DNA from: Eledone cirrhosa
Lineage: Eukaryota
Direction of reading: 5' to 3'
Assembly: GCA_964016885.1 (NCBI GenBank)
Contig: OZ024745.1
Coordinates: forward strand, 94,550,001-94,614,000
DNA: 64,000 bases
Position numbers and translations under genes: made by a program. Of the stretch, positions 27,670 through 41,113 are shown one piece after another. Numbering within the stretch: position 1 is the stretch's first letter; each line of letters begins with the position of its first letter. The notes under the pieces were generated by a model. That model was not told the origin of the DNA. It worked only from the letters and a program-made list of their open reading frames with translations, and did no database searches.

Positions 27670-28471
27670 AATATATAATATATAATATATATTATATATA
27701 TAATATATAATATATATGTATATAATATAATATATATGTATATAATAGAATTGTTTCTGTTTTAGGCACAAGGCCAGCAAATAACCAGTACATTACTGGT
27801 ACGTTATTTTATCGACCCCGTAAGCATGAAAGGCAAAGTCAACCTCGGCAGCAATTGAACTCAGATCGTAAAGGGACGTACTATATATATATATATATAT
27901 ATAATATAATATATATATATATATAATATAATATATATATATGTATATAATATAATATATATATATGTATATAATATAATATATATATATGTATATAATA
28001 TAATATATATATATAATATAATATAATATAATATATGTATATAATATAATATAATATATGTATATAATATATTATAATATATATATGTATATAATATATA
28101 TATATATATATAATATAATATAATATATATATGTATATAATATATATATATATATAATATAATATAATATATATATGTATATAATATAATATAATATATA
28201 TATGTATATAATATAATATATATATATAATATAATATATATATATATGTATATAATATAATATATATATATAATATAATATAATATATATATATGTATAT
28301 AATATAATATATATATGTATATAATATAATATATATATATATATATAATATATATATATATATATAATATAATATATATATATATATATATATAATATAA
28401 TATAATATATATATATATATATAATATAATATATATATATATATATAATATAATATATATATATATATATA

Positions 28472-28514
<43 letters not shown>
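27670..28514. repeat. Long (TA)/(TAA) low-complexity tract with an embedded minus-strand SINE (27750-27880)
   Basis: Read directly from the sequence. Confidence 0.9.
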
Positions 28515-28516
<2 letters not shown>

Positions 28517-28551
28517 ATGTATTTATTATAACGTTGAACTAGAAATATTAC

Positions 28552-28623
28552 ATTGGCAGTTTCAATTTCTTTTACAATTTGTGTTGCAATGGAAACACTA
28601 TTTTCCCACGAAAATTCAGACAT
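28552..28623 (-). CDS. Putative first coding exon (MSEFSWENSVSIATQIVKEIETAN)
   Basis: gccATG Kozak context, 24 codons, AAT|GTAATA donor. Confidence 0.35.
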
Positions 28624-29016
28624 GGCTATTTGTTAACTATCAAAGTCTAAATATTACAGTTTAAAGAAAGCAAACTTTTGAGACGAGTAAAATGTACTTC
28701 TGAGAAGAATGAAATTCCTAAAAGCTACTAGAATTTTGAGTAATTTCTTTCAAACATCGTATTATTATGTAGTTGAGTAGTTGTAATCATATATACAGTA
28801 GTATGAAGTTCACATTTCTTCAATGGTTTTCTTTGATAACGTCTTTGAATACAAAACCAAGAATAAGAATTTAAATTAATCTCTCGACTACAAAGCTTTA
28901 GGAAACTGAAATATGTTGAAGTACTGGATAGTTTCAAATAACATATGAATTCAATATAAAAATAAGTGTCCTAAATTCCTCGTATTTTATTATTTTAATT
29001 ATATTTATTGTATATG

Positions 29017-29755
29017 GTTATGACTCTTTACGATCTGGGTTCAAATTTTGCCGAGGTTAGCTTTGCTTTTCATCCTTACGGGGTCGATAAAACAAAGTAA
29101 CAGTCATGCGCTGGGGTAGATTTAATCGACGTTCTCTTCGCCCCAAATTGTTGGCCTTGAGCCTAAATCAGAAACCATTATTACTCCAAAACGGTGAATT
29201 AGCAGAACTGTTAGAGCATCAGATAATATGTTCTGTGAAAGTTCGTATTTTATGTTCTATGTTCCTATTTAACCTTATCTTTCATCCTACCAACATTGAT
29301 AAAAAGTTCTAGTCTAGTAATGGGCTCAATTTTATCAACTATTCTCCTACCTACGAAATGATGGTCTTGTGTTTATGTAAGAAATTATTATGAAAATGGT
29401 GGTGGATTGGAGAATCGTTGGTGAGTCGAATAAAATTCTTTATGTTATTTATTTCGGCTCATTACGTTTGTGTTCAAATCCAGTCTAGATCAACTTAGCC
29501 TTTCATCTTTTCGTGATTGATAAAGTAAAGTACCAGTCATGTACTGGCGCAGATATAATCGACTTTTCCCTCTTCCCCCAAATTGCTGGAATTGTGCCTA
29601 AATCAGAAATCATTATTATTATAACCTCCCAACGAGGTTATCTTTGCCTTTCATCCTTACGGGGTCAATAAAATAAAAACACTGGGGATGATTTAATCGA
29701 CTTTCCTCTCCCCTTCAAATTGTTGTCCTTGTGCCTAAAGTAGAAACAATTATTA
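29017..29755 (+). mobile_element. Cluster of about four head-to-tail tRNA-SINEs
   Basis: Repeated tttcatc..gataaa..gtacc bodies and ttgtgccta..agaaac tails. Confidence 0.75.
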
Positions 29756-29938
29756 TTATTAATTTTTCTTTTTAATCGAAAGTTTATGCACATCAGCCAT
29801 AATTTACATTTCACTTGGAAAGAAAGTCTACGTGATATAATGCATTTCTGACACACAATTATAAATGTTTATACCTTTCAAGTTGGTAACTTTTAGTAAT
29901 ATATACCAGATACACATGTAAGTGCGCAAAACTACATG

Positions 29939-30025
<87 letters not shown>

Positions 30026-30860
30026 TCTTTCATAACGCCATTTATCGATGTCATTATTAGGTTCACGAAGTAAAATATATCTTTTATTGCTTAGAGTAAG
30101 CCCGAAGCAAATATCTGACTCTTTTTGAAAATGTTGGGTTCTGTAAATGAAAGCTTCTCTAATGTACGTGAGTGTAGAAAATAATAATCAGAATTCAACA
30201 TTAAAAATCATATATAAAAAAAGCCCGCATATTAAAAACCAACAATATTGGAAGTCGGATAATGCACAACTGGTTTATTGATGAATCGCGAACATCGAGT
30301 ATTTATATTATTGATAACCAACTGCATTACCTTAATGGGGTTGTTTATCGCTTTTTTAAAAATATGTTTTCTTCTAGCTGCTCTTTGGCATGAACATATT
30401 AAACAGTTAAATTAATAAATACATTCGTGAGCACCGTAAAGTAAAAAATAAATTCCAGGTTAACTGAGTGGATGATTTTACTCGCAATCATAAATATATT
30501 TATTTTACTTAATTTACGTCATTAGTAAAACCATGGATTTCTCACAATCTAATTTCTCTCTTCTATTTTATTATGTAGAGAGAAATCTAGATGTTACATA
30601 CATGTTAAATACAGTTGTTGAGTAACGAAAGGTATTCATTTCGGAACAATTACTTATCTGTGAGTCCCAAATGAAAAACCTCGCAACATCACACAAATAT
30701 GATATAGGGATATATAAACTATGATCGAGGTTTTGCGGTTTCGACGGCAAATGGATAACTGATGTTCTTACTAGTCTAAACTTGTAACTCCCAAATCTCT
30801 CTCTCTGAGTACAAATACCTCGTGCGTTTGCGCTAGTAACCAGACCTCCAAAATTTTTTC

Positions 30861-30927
30861 GAGGTGAAGTATACTAATTTTTCTGGGTACCTGTTGATGA
30901 GCACAGAAAATTGGGATATTTCACTTT
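30861..30927 (+). ncRNA. pre-miRNA-like hairpin (candidate)
   Basis: GAGGTGAAGTATACTAATTTTTCTG pairs with CAGAAAATTGGGATATTTCACTTT through several G.U pairs; ~18-nt loop. Confidence 0.3.
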
Positions 30928-31203
30928 TTATACTATCGTTTGCGAAATGTCTGGATTTTGAACTTCAGATTGATCGGCGGAAAAGGTTTGGATTTTGAAA
31001 TTTAAATTTGTCCAGGTACCACGGCTATTTGCCAATATGGGTTTGCTTTTATTGATTTATTAGTTTAGATCGAGACAGGCAATATATATTTTTATTTGAA
31101 TTAGTTTATTTCATTCTAGCTAACTTCGTCTTTTACAATACAAACACTTTTGTGTTTATCATATATTAATTTATATTAACTTGTATATTTATATATATAT
31201 ATG

Positions 31204-31516
31204 TTCTTCTGGTTTTATAATTTCACACATTTTTGCCAATATAGAGAGAGTCGGTTTCTAACATAGATACAAGACTCTCATTGGAATTTACACAACATCA
31301 ACTAGGTAGATATGTATGCATCTCTGCATGCATGTGTGTGTGTGTGCAGGTATGGATGTTATTGCATGTGCGGATGTGGATGTTTTGAGTTGTATGTGTG
31401 CATGTGCATATGCTTTGTATCTATACGAGTGTACATGCAATTATTAAATGCAGAATGTTTGGAATGTTTTACATATTTTTACTGTTACATTAATGGATTG
31501 TACTACTAATTTCCTA
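31204..31516 (-). mobile_element. 3' end fragment of the R4/Dong-type LINE
   Basis: Matches 41114-41410 (VKICKTFQ; ttcttctggttttataatttcac terminus). Confidence 0.85.
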
Positions 31517-32336
31517 TGTATGTATGGAGAGTTAGTTAAAGGAAAACGACCGCCACATAAACCAAAAAAGAGGTATAAGGATTCCTTGAAAGACGCTAAC
31601 ATCTCTGCTGATACATGGGAAAATATTGCTGCTGATCGTAATAAATGGAGAAAGACTGTATATGAGGGAAAAGTTGCCTTTGAGGCATCTCGAATCGCAT
31701 ACGAGAAAGTAAAGCGGGATGTGAGGAAGGGCATTGCTGTTGCACTTCCAGACGGCAAGAGTCTTCCTATGGTGCTGACATGCAGCGTCTGTGCGAGACT
31801 CTGCCTAAGCAAAGCTGGACTAGAAAGTCATCTTCGCAGTCATAAAGTAAGACCAGTGGTTGATTACCAGGCTGCTGTTGGAGATACTACACATCATGCT
31901 TGCTAAACATGTGGTAGAGAATGTAAATCAGCAGGATCGCTCAAGCGACATGCAAAAGTACAGGAACTCCAAACACAGCCGGCTATTCCCAGTGAATGTT
32001 TTGGTTGCCGACTCTGTGCAAGACATTTTAGATCATTGGCTGGCCTAAAAAGCCACATTCGATCGCAGCGCTGTTAGTTGTTATCGAGTGTGTGTGTATA
32101 GATATGTTTATGTGTGTGCGTGTGTGTGTATATATATATATATATTTATATTATTATTGTTGTTGTTGTCGTTATTATTATTGTTATTATTATTATTATT
32201 GTTATTAATATATATGTGTATGTATATATGTGTATATATATATATATATGTATGTATGTATATGTGTGTATGTATATATATATATATTTTTTCTCGTGCA
32301 ATTGCCATACTCGATAACGAGGGGGCAGCCATCATG
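31517..32336 (+). mobile_element. 3' fragment of RTE LINE with C2H2 fingers
   Basis: Near-identical to 57612-58421; ends GCAGCCATCATG(TATG)n. Confidence 0.88.
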
Positions 32337-32365
32337 TATGTATGTGTGTATGTATGTACACACAT

Positions 32366-32396
<31 letters not shown>

Positions 32397-32948
32397 CATC
32401 ATACCTACATAGTGTGGGAGAGAGAGATATCTCCCTCTCCTCCTATCCTTCCTATAAAAACTTGAAGTAAATACACAGAAATATTTCAACGCCTAGAAGA
32501 TATAAAGTAATTTATTTTGAGAAATGTCAATGTTGCTGCGCATGAGGTGAGTTAAGAGGATCGCTAGAAGTGTATGATGAGATATTAAATAAACAAGGAT
32601 TCATTGTATCAGGAAGACTTTCGATTCTCCATGACAGATGGAGAAAGTTATGAAACCGTATAAAGGCTCCTCCTCGCTTTACGCATTAACTCTCTCTCTA
32701 TCTCTCTCTCATTGACACACACACACACGCGCTCGCACACACACGCACACACACACGCACACACACACGCACACACAATAGTGTGCTGATGCAACATGTT
32801 CGTACATTATATATAGTAAAATGTCGGTGTATGATACAGTCGATGGAAGCCAGGAATTATGTAAAACAGGCTCACAAATAAAGTTGATGGCGTAAGGAGA
32901 CATAAGCCCACTTTATCATACTTTAAAAGAAATGTATATATATATATA

Positions 32949-33690
32949 CAGGGTGTGGACGGTATTTGAGGACACATGTAATTTTTAGTCATTATTTTAT
33001 TTGACTAATGTTTATTGAATTTCCATTTCAGAAAATAACAATGAAAATAACTATGCTTACTAATGAAATGAAAAGGCATGTTGTGATTATGGCTTTGAAG
33101 GCTAAGCATGGGGATTTAGAAATTTCTCGTTTTCTGAAAGTTGCAAGATCTTTTGTCCACAAGATTCGGTATGAGTTAGTGAAAGAAGATGGAAGCTTAT
33201 TACCTGTATCAAAACGTAAAAAGCACTCCAAACGCTCTGATTCTATCAGGACACCTGAATTTATTTAGGAAGTTAAGCAAAACATTGATGACAATCCAGG
33301 AAAATCAATGAGGTCAATTACAAAAAATTTTGGTCTGTCAGAAAAAACAATCAGAAATGTTGTGCATGAAGACATCAGATACAAATCTTACGTGATGAGG
33401 AGAGGTCGATTCATGTCAGAAAAAACAAAAGAAAAGCGTTTAATCAGATCCAAAAGACTTTTAAACAAACTTAAAAATCCATCAAAAGATGGTGTGGTTT
33501 GGTTTTTCTCAGATGAGAAAAACTTTGACCAGGACCGCAAAACTAACAGAAGAAATGACAGGTGGCTATATGCAGACCTTTCTGAGGTTCCAAGAGTAAT
33601 GCACACAAACATTTCCTGCAAGTGTAATGGTTTTGGGTATTGTTAGCAATGAAGGACATGTGATGACATGTGATGCCCCCAGATGTTTTT
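32949..33690 (+). mobile_element. Truncated Tc1/mariner transposase (DD37D/maT-like)
   Basis: TA|CAGGGTG terminus, HTH region, SMRSI, WFFSDEKNF..NRRNDRW, VMVLGIVS; cut by a LINE. Confidence 0.8.
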
Positions 33691-35800
33691 GCAGCAGAAC
33701 GACAACCCACCCCCACCTCCGGGCTGACAGAGAGATGCGTGCATCTCAAAGTCATTAAAGGTGGGGGCTAGTTGTCGCACGCTGCTGATCCGGGCCTCGC
33801 AAATAACCATCACATTTATACATCGTGACCTGAGGTCATTTAGAAGTTTAGCTTGCTTCCAAGGTGAGCCCAGGTAACTCGCATTTAGACAACTTACTCT
33901 TAACACAGCCATCTTGGTGGTAAAGAAAGAGGCACTTACCTCTCTGCGTCCCGGGGTCCGGGCTGTTCAGTTTCCATGGGAGTGGTGGAGGGTTTGTTGG
34001 GTGGGTGGTGGTTTGTGGTGGTGTGGGGGTATTAGTGTGTGGAGGGGTTGGGGTGTTTGGAATTGTGTGGGTGTTTGAGGAGGGGAGGGGAAAACCTTTC
34101 AGGAGGACGCGGTTGAGTGCCCTGGTGCAGGGTCGCCCCACGTCCTCAGGGTAAATGTTTTTCAATGTTTTAAAAATGTCAAGTGGGACCTTCACCATTT
34201 TCAGGTTAGGGAGTCCCGTTGCCATTGTAAAATTCGGCCCATCGGTTTGTACCGAAGGATTGTTGTTTATTTTGTCTGCTAAGTTTTTATTGTTTTTGTT
34301 TATGTATGTGTAGAGTTTTTGTGTTGTTGTGTTTGTTTTTGTTTGTTGTTCTTGAGTGAGCTTGCGTTTTGTTGTCTGTGTTGTGTTGTCAGGTGGGGTT
34401 ATTTTTGTTTGTGTGGTGTGTGTGCGTTTTTTTCTTTTGACTTTTTGGAAGGGAGCCCCCTCGTCTTCCGAGGATATGAGCTCCTCTTACGTATTGGAGG
34501 GGAGTGGTATATTGCCAGGTTGTGTTTGCACTGTGTGTGTTTTTGTATTTGTGTTCTGTGGGGAGGGGCTGGGTGGGACCGTGTTTTGGGTTGTTTTCTT
34601 GAGCTGTTGTTGTTGATGTTGTGTTGGTGGTGTTATTGTTTGTGGTCTTTGTAATAAAGGTTTCTTTTTTATCAGTTGAGGGCATGCAACCCTCAGGTGA
34701 CCTCTGCTTGCGCACTGGTAACACGCGGGTCGCCTACCCTCAACTGAAATGTTTATGTAGGTCTCTTCATCTAAATGAATTCTGTGGGATCTTCGCTATC
34801 CTTTCTGGGCTCATCTGCACCAGAAGTTCTACGCTGGTCCCACTAAAGACCTCTCTGGGGTATTTTCCAACCGAGATTACAATGTCTTGGTCAAGGTCTA
34901 AAACGCCACAAAGTAGCCACCAAGTGTCTACTTTGGGTCTTATGCAGTGTAATTTTATTTTTTGAGACCTTCTTCCCATGAAAGACGGGAAAAGGAGAAG
35001 TGGGTGGATACAATGTGCGCAATGGAATGTTTTTGCGCCGTTTCTTGATCCTTCATAAGCACCGAGACGCTACCGAAGAGTTTTGTTTTTTCAATGAGCA
35101 GAATGTTTTCCATTTGGTTCCTTAAAACCAGCTCTATCTCACTCTGAGACGGTTGTACTGTTTTTTTTGTAGCATTCGAGATTGTCCTGAACACCACCGT
35201 GCTCGTGGCAATTTCTCTTTTTATTTCTTCAGGGGAATTAATGCTGAATGAACCATCGGGTTCGAAAGTCACATACCTTTTTGCTTCTTCCAACTTTTGC
35301 TTTGCGTTGGTTAAATCCAAAGGTAGGAACAATTGTGTTTTTTTTACAGTTTCCGCAAAGGAAATTTTGTTGTCGTTGTCTTTCTTGTTATTGTTGTTGT
35401 TGTCGCTGTTCGTATTGGTATCGATCATTTTTCCGTTGCTGGTATTATTTCCAATTTGTGTCTTTTCGGTTGTTGTCTGTTGTTCCTTATTAACGTTTTT
35501 CGTTAAAGGAACGGGGGGAAGCTGGGCACTTTGTGCTTTCAATTTTCCTCGAAGATTTTTTTCTTTGGGGAGGGTGGCACAATGACTTGTATTAATCCCG
35601 TCCATTACTACAAGCCGAGTTCACAAAAATGCAAGAAGAAAACTTTCACCCCAAAAAGGGGCGAAAACAATAATAACCCCAACGTCTGCGGGCCCAAACG
35701 AGGGGTTAAACTATATTACAATAGAAAAATAATCCAAAAACTCACTCTTTACAAGGTAAAACCAATGTAAAACACGGAGCTCGTTAATACACGCCCACCA
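33690..35800 (-). mobile_element. Tx1/L1-like LINE 5' half (ORF1 + start of APE ORF2)
   Basis: MAVLRVSCLNA..LLNDLRS matches 50851; ORF1 pieces (VKVPLDIFK, WWLL) match ORF1 at 48870-50819. Confidence 0.8.
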
Positions 35801-38800
35801 GACAGACATACACACAGACAGACATACACACACACACATATATATATATATGTTATACTGAATGATAATGTTTCCATTTCCATCTTTGTTTCTTTCCGTT
35901 TTATCTTATAGTTAATACATACAGATTTTGTTAAAAATCATATTTTATGAAACTAATGCTTTAATTTAATACAAACACTTAATTTTAGTGTATAGTATTG
36001 ATCCTAGAAATAAAATCTAACACATTATTTACTTTCAATTTTGTGTTACTAGTTCTACATCCTTCCTAGACTTAATAATTTACTGAAGGTGAACGAATTA
36101 CGGATATGGAAGGGTAATTGGAAGAATTTGCTGCTCAGATATTTTGGTATTTATCATTATTAATTCACTGTTGTATCAGCCAACATAAACATAAACTGTT
36201 ATTGTTCTATAACTCATTGTTTCTTTATCTAAATGATTTCCATAGATTGGCATCTACCAAACGAATTATTCTAAAAGAGGACATTGCATACATTTTCTTT
36301 ATCATTTAATCACTTAAGTGTCTAACACAGATCGAGTTACATTGCAGTAAATGTATTTACTACAGTAATTTACGCTACGTAAATATATTTACGCTGTGAT
36401 GTCAGAAATTCAGACAATATGTGTAAAATAATTACAAGTAGCTGAGTCATTCCAACGTTGGATTACTAGTGACAGGGTAAAACCATTATTATCTATGACG
36501 ATGTGCCCTTTATATCGCGATGAAGTATTTAAAGTCTTTTAAAATATATATTTGTTTAGAGAATTCAAGTGTATAGAAAGCAAGTCAATTGATGTTTTGT
36601 TCCTCATATGTCTGTGTATATAGACATACAATATTTCTGTGTGGATAGACATATCATTGCTACCTTCCCTCATTCGTTATACAAAGAATACAATCTGAAT
36701 ACTGGACTGTACAATTCAGAAAATAGTTGGTTGATATTTTTGCTAACAATAATAGTAAAAAAAATGCATCTCTAATATTTCTACTTCAGTAAATTTTCAA
36801 TTCAAGCAGTGAAAATAAAGAATATATTCTAAAGAGTGTTTTATGTAAAGAGAAAGCGATGAATACATCGTATTTCATGAATAATAGCAGCGTCTTAAAT
36901 CTATTCCCGACTTTTTCAATGGTAACTGTATTAGTTCCTTGTATAATAATATATAATCTCTCTTTGTTTATTCCTCAAGATATCTTTTCTTCATTCTCTT
37001 TCTTTCAAACATTTCAAAATATCTAGGGATGACAGCGTAAAACAATGACATGTATAATTCTGTGTAACACGAAAACTAAAGTTTTCAGTCCACCATAACA
37101 TTTGTCAAGTCCCATGGTAGTCATTGCTGTTGATTAGTCCTATGTCAGTCCTAATAAAAAAGCATTCGATCAATGACTGTCCTGCCCTTTTAGAAGTACA
37201 CATTATGTAACATATCCATTCCTTTTACAAGATATTTGAAAGAGATTTTTCTGATTCTTTCAGCAGATCAAGGGAGAGTTAAGCGAATTTGGTTTCAGAT
37301 ACAACGTAATGCCTAAGACAGATAACATACTTTAGTTTGTGTTGCTCTGGTTAAACACATTTCAGCTGAGATCACTTCACCCTTATTTTATATCTAAAAC
37401 ACAACTAAGTGTGCTCTTATTTATGTTTTTAAAAAGGAGGGAGATTTGACTGATATTTTTACCAGATTAACAGGGAGCCTACTAATGTGAAACGTAAACA
37501 CGGAAGAGTCATTGAAGAAGATACAGAATTGTCCTGTGAAGAACTGAAGCAGTTAATTTTGGATCGTGTGAGCTGGAAAAGTTTTATCAAGTCATAACAA
37601 AGAAATGGAAGAATTTAGTTGGTAGTAGTCATAGGTTGGGGGACCGCGTAGAGAATCCTTCATCGCCGAGAGTTAAGGAAACATTGGTCCCAGATACGAA
37701 GTTTTGCATAGGAGAAGAAAATAATCTAATCACTCATTCTCTGATAGACTGATACGGAATATTATCAGCTTTGTCATTCTATTATATGTCCATTTAGAAT
37801 ATCTACTTTCTTTAGAATATACTATTTCCTTCCGTATATAGCTGTCAACAATATTGGGCATATAATTTATCTATTCACAATTATTGCACCTCGTTTGAAG
37901 ACCTGCTCTTCAGAGATGACAATATACAATATACACCATACATCTAAATGTCGTCTGCTATAAATATTGATGTACTTAAGATAAAAGCCAACGATTTAAC
38001 AAAATTGGGGAAGTTTACACTTTTCTCAAGGGCATTAGAAAAATTCCTATTCCGGTATAGTTACATGGACACACAACCACTCACACACACACATATATAT
38101 ATACACACACACACACACATATATATATACACACACACATATATATATATATATACACATACATACACACACACACACACATACACATATATATATATAT
38201 ATATACATATGTGTGTCTGTATATATATGTATAGATACATAGGTATATATGAATAATATATTGATAGCACTGTGCAATAGTAATAGTTGTGTTTCTTGAG
38301 CATTGTGCAATGTAGCTCTATAGTTAGATGTAGAAGACCCACTATTTCTATGGAGTTTCATGCACCCTCCTCCATATATATATATATATATGTTATATGT
38401 GTGTGTGTATGGTAGCGCGAGCTTAAAGCATTCTGGCGAAGCAAAAGTGAATAAGATTAAAGGTTAACCGAATAAATATAACCCTTTCCCAAATCTTAAA
38501 AGTAATTTGACTTTATACTACCTGAACACTCTTTTCTCCGCCAATGGCTGCGAATCTATATCGAGGAATTTAATTATTTGCGCTTAGATTTGTTTAGAAT
38601 CGAAATACATTTTAACTTCGTGCTAGAAAGATGGAGAAATTCCTATTAAATATGAAAGTTAAATATTGAATTTTATTGAACATTACCCTTATGCACGGAT
38701 TTTACAAAACCTCTCGATCTCTAAATTATTTGCCACTCCCACCATTTCTATCTCTGCCATTATAATATTATTGAAGAATTGCCTAGCCATGTTATTTCTT

Positions 38801-39037
38801 CAAACATCAGTCTGCTGCACATAATTCTCTACCCTAAGATCCCCTCTGATATTTTAATCCACCCAATTTTACACTTGTTAATTTTAGCGATGGAACCCTA
38901 CCGAGACACAAGTTAAGGGAAGGATAAATATATTATTTTTTGTATGCTTCATTATATTTTCTATATACCTCAATCTAACTGCTTGTCTGTTTGTCTCTCT
39001 ACCCAACTACCTACGTATATACACATGTATGTATGTA

Positions 39038-39184
39038 CCGTATATGCTGGCGTAAAAAGGTGATTGGGCATATACCACAAGTTCACATTTTATACCTGGA
39101 GCATAAGACGCCCCCCTATTTTTTTTTTGGGGGGGGGGGGGGGGGCTAAGGTTAAAAAGTCGCCTTTTACCTCTACGCATACGG
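39038..39184. mobile_element. Tc2/pogo-like MITE
   Basis: TA-CCGTAT..GTAAAAAGG.GA / TCGCCTTTTAC..ATACGG-TA terminal inverted repeats with TA flanks. Confidence 0.65.
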
Positions 39185-39227
39185 TATGTATGTATGTATG
39201 TATGTATGTATGTATGTATGTATTATG

Positions 39228-39837
39228 TCGGGTCACCAGTTGGTGCTACTGGTAACATGTATCCCAGTACAACCTGTCCCATGGTCGGGTCGTTGGCGAC
39301 TAAACTGGCAACCCCACCAAGGTTTCTTGGTGAGGAGGGTGACTTTGGACATCCTGCAGGACTAAAAACAAAACCTGTCAAAGGGCAAAGGAGCTCTTAA
39401 GAGTCAATGGCCATCCAAATTCACCGGGAGAGATGACCCCTTAGCCTTTGACAAGGCAGCATTCTAGGAGAAGGAAAACTCTGATATAACACCTGCAACC
39501 CTGATGGTATCCAATGATGTTGACTTGTTCTTCTTTTTGGTAAATATCATCTTGGTTAAGAGAGTGGGACTGGCTTTGTGCAGTGCCTTTGCTCACTATA
39601 AAAGCTTCACAGCACAGGCATTGCTTTATATCTGGAGATCTCTCTGCACTTGTCGTCACATGGTACCATGGGCCCAGCACTATGTGTCAATAATTGTCAC
39701 AAGTGTAGTGTTTGTACCAGAGTTTTCAAGTCGCTGGCGGGACTAAAAAGTCACACTCGTTCAGCGCATCGGTAGGGGTTCTCCTACATGGATATAAAGT
39801 AGTGGCCGTACTCGAAAACGAGTTGGCAGCCACCATG
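39228..39837 (+). mobile_element. Full-length bipartite RTE-derived non-autonomous element
   Basis: Longest copy of the family; (TATG)n on both sides. Confidence 0.8.
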
Positions 39838-39852
39838 TATGTATGTATGTAT

Positions 39853-41005
39853 GTTAAACCACTGGAATGAAGGACCCCTAGTCCTTGTCAGGGCACACTT
39901 CTAGGAGAAGACAACTCAGGAAACTAGGATAACTCCGATATAAACCTGCAGCTCAGTAGTTACCGATGATGTTGATCTTTTATTCCTTTCGGGTCTGTCG
40001 CTCAGAAAGTGGGATTGGCTCAGTGCACAATCTTTCCTTACTTTCCTGTATTTTGATGATGCAGATTTTGGGGCATAAACTGTAGAGGACATGCAATTAA
40101 CATTGTACACCTTCTCCAATGCATGCACTGTGATTGGGCTAAATATTAGTATAAAAACGACAAAGGGCATGTACACTCCTCCATTTAGGAAAGCGTATGT
40201 GCAGCCAGACATTTTCCTGATAGGAAACAAACTTGAGGTGAGGGGTAGCTTTGTGCATCTCGGAAACACATTTAGCAGAGATGGTACCTTCGGTGCCGAA
40301 ATAGATCGCAGGATTGCGAAAACGTGTTTTGCCTTCGGGTTATCACAAGAAATACAAATCTCTCTGTGTCAGAGGTCTGTGTTCTTACATCATTGCTATT
40401 TGGATGTGAAACGTGGACAACTTACAGGTTTCTCATTGGGCAGCTGGAAAAGTGTCATCAACATTGTATCCGACGTATCCTGAACATCAAGCGGTCATCT
40501 TACACACCTAATGCTTGAGAAAGCGGGCATCACCAGTATTGAGAGGAGGCTTATTACGAACTAGATACGTTAGTCTAGTCATGTGGTCAGAATGGAAGAT
40601 GGATGGCTGTCTAAACGGTTATTTTAGGGGAAAGTAACCAGAGGAAAATGTCACAGTATAAACCACAAAAGCAGTTTAGGAATGTTATAAAAGACAATTT
40701 TAAAGCTCTGAAAATTGAAATAGAGGACTAGGAGAGACTGGCTGAAACCATACATCATGAATGATCATCGAATATGGATGTGTTCTTTGAAAAAAGCAAG
40801 TGGAGCATACTGCTTTCAAGCGTTCAATCTATATGCGGGACCTAAGTGCAGTCTCTCAAACAACCATCAGAAATTGAGGTGCAATGTATGTGACCGATTT
40901 TTTCTATCAAGAGCTAGATTTGTAAACCATCGGAAATCAAATGAGCCAAGGAGAAGAGCCACTTATGAGATGGTTCTACCGCCACACACTGTTTCTGTGA
41001 AGCCT
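39853..41005 (+). mobile_element. RTE 5'UTR piece (39853-40045) plus an old degraded RTE RT 3' fragment
   Basis: GLNISIKTT, FVHLG, LLFGCETWTTY, CNVCDRFFLS; the 5' piece matches 48388-48585. Confidence 0.7.
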
Positions 41006-41113
41006 TGCTTCTAAAGATTTCTACTGAAGCAGTTATTAACATATCCCAGTACCCCAATAATCACAGGCATAAATCTGATGGTATAGTCAGGGTGGAGTAT
41101 GTATGTATGTATA

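Noticed and set aside
36000-38900. Possible plus-strand exons and an old PLE remnant
   Set aside because: No consistent reading frame or recognisable motif at reportable confidence.
39228-39345. A complete twister or HDV ribozyme in the RTE-derived leader
   Set aside because: Could not place the twister UAA/P2 or the HDV P1/P3 consistently; kept only as an unclassified structure.
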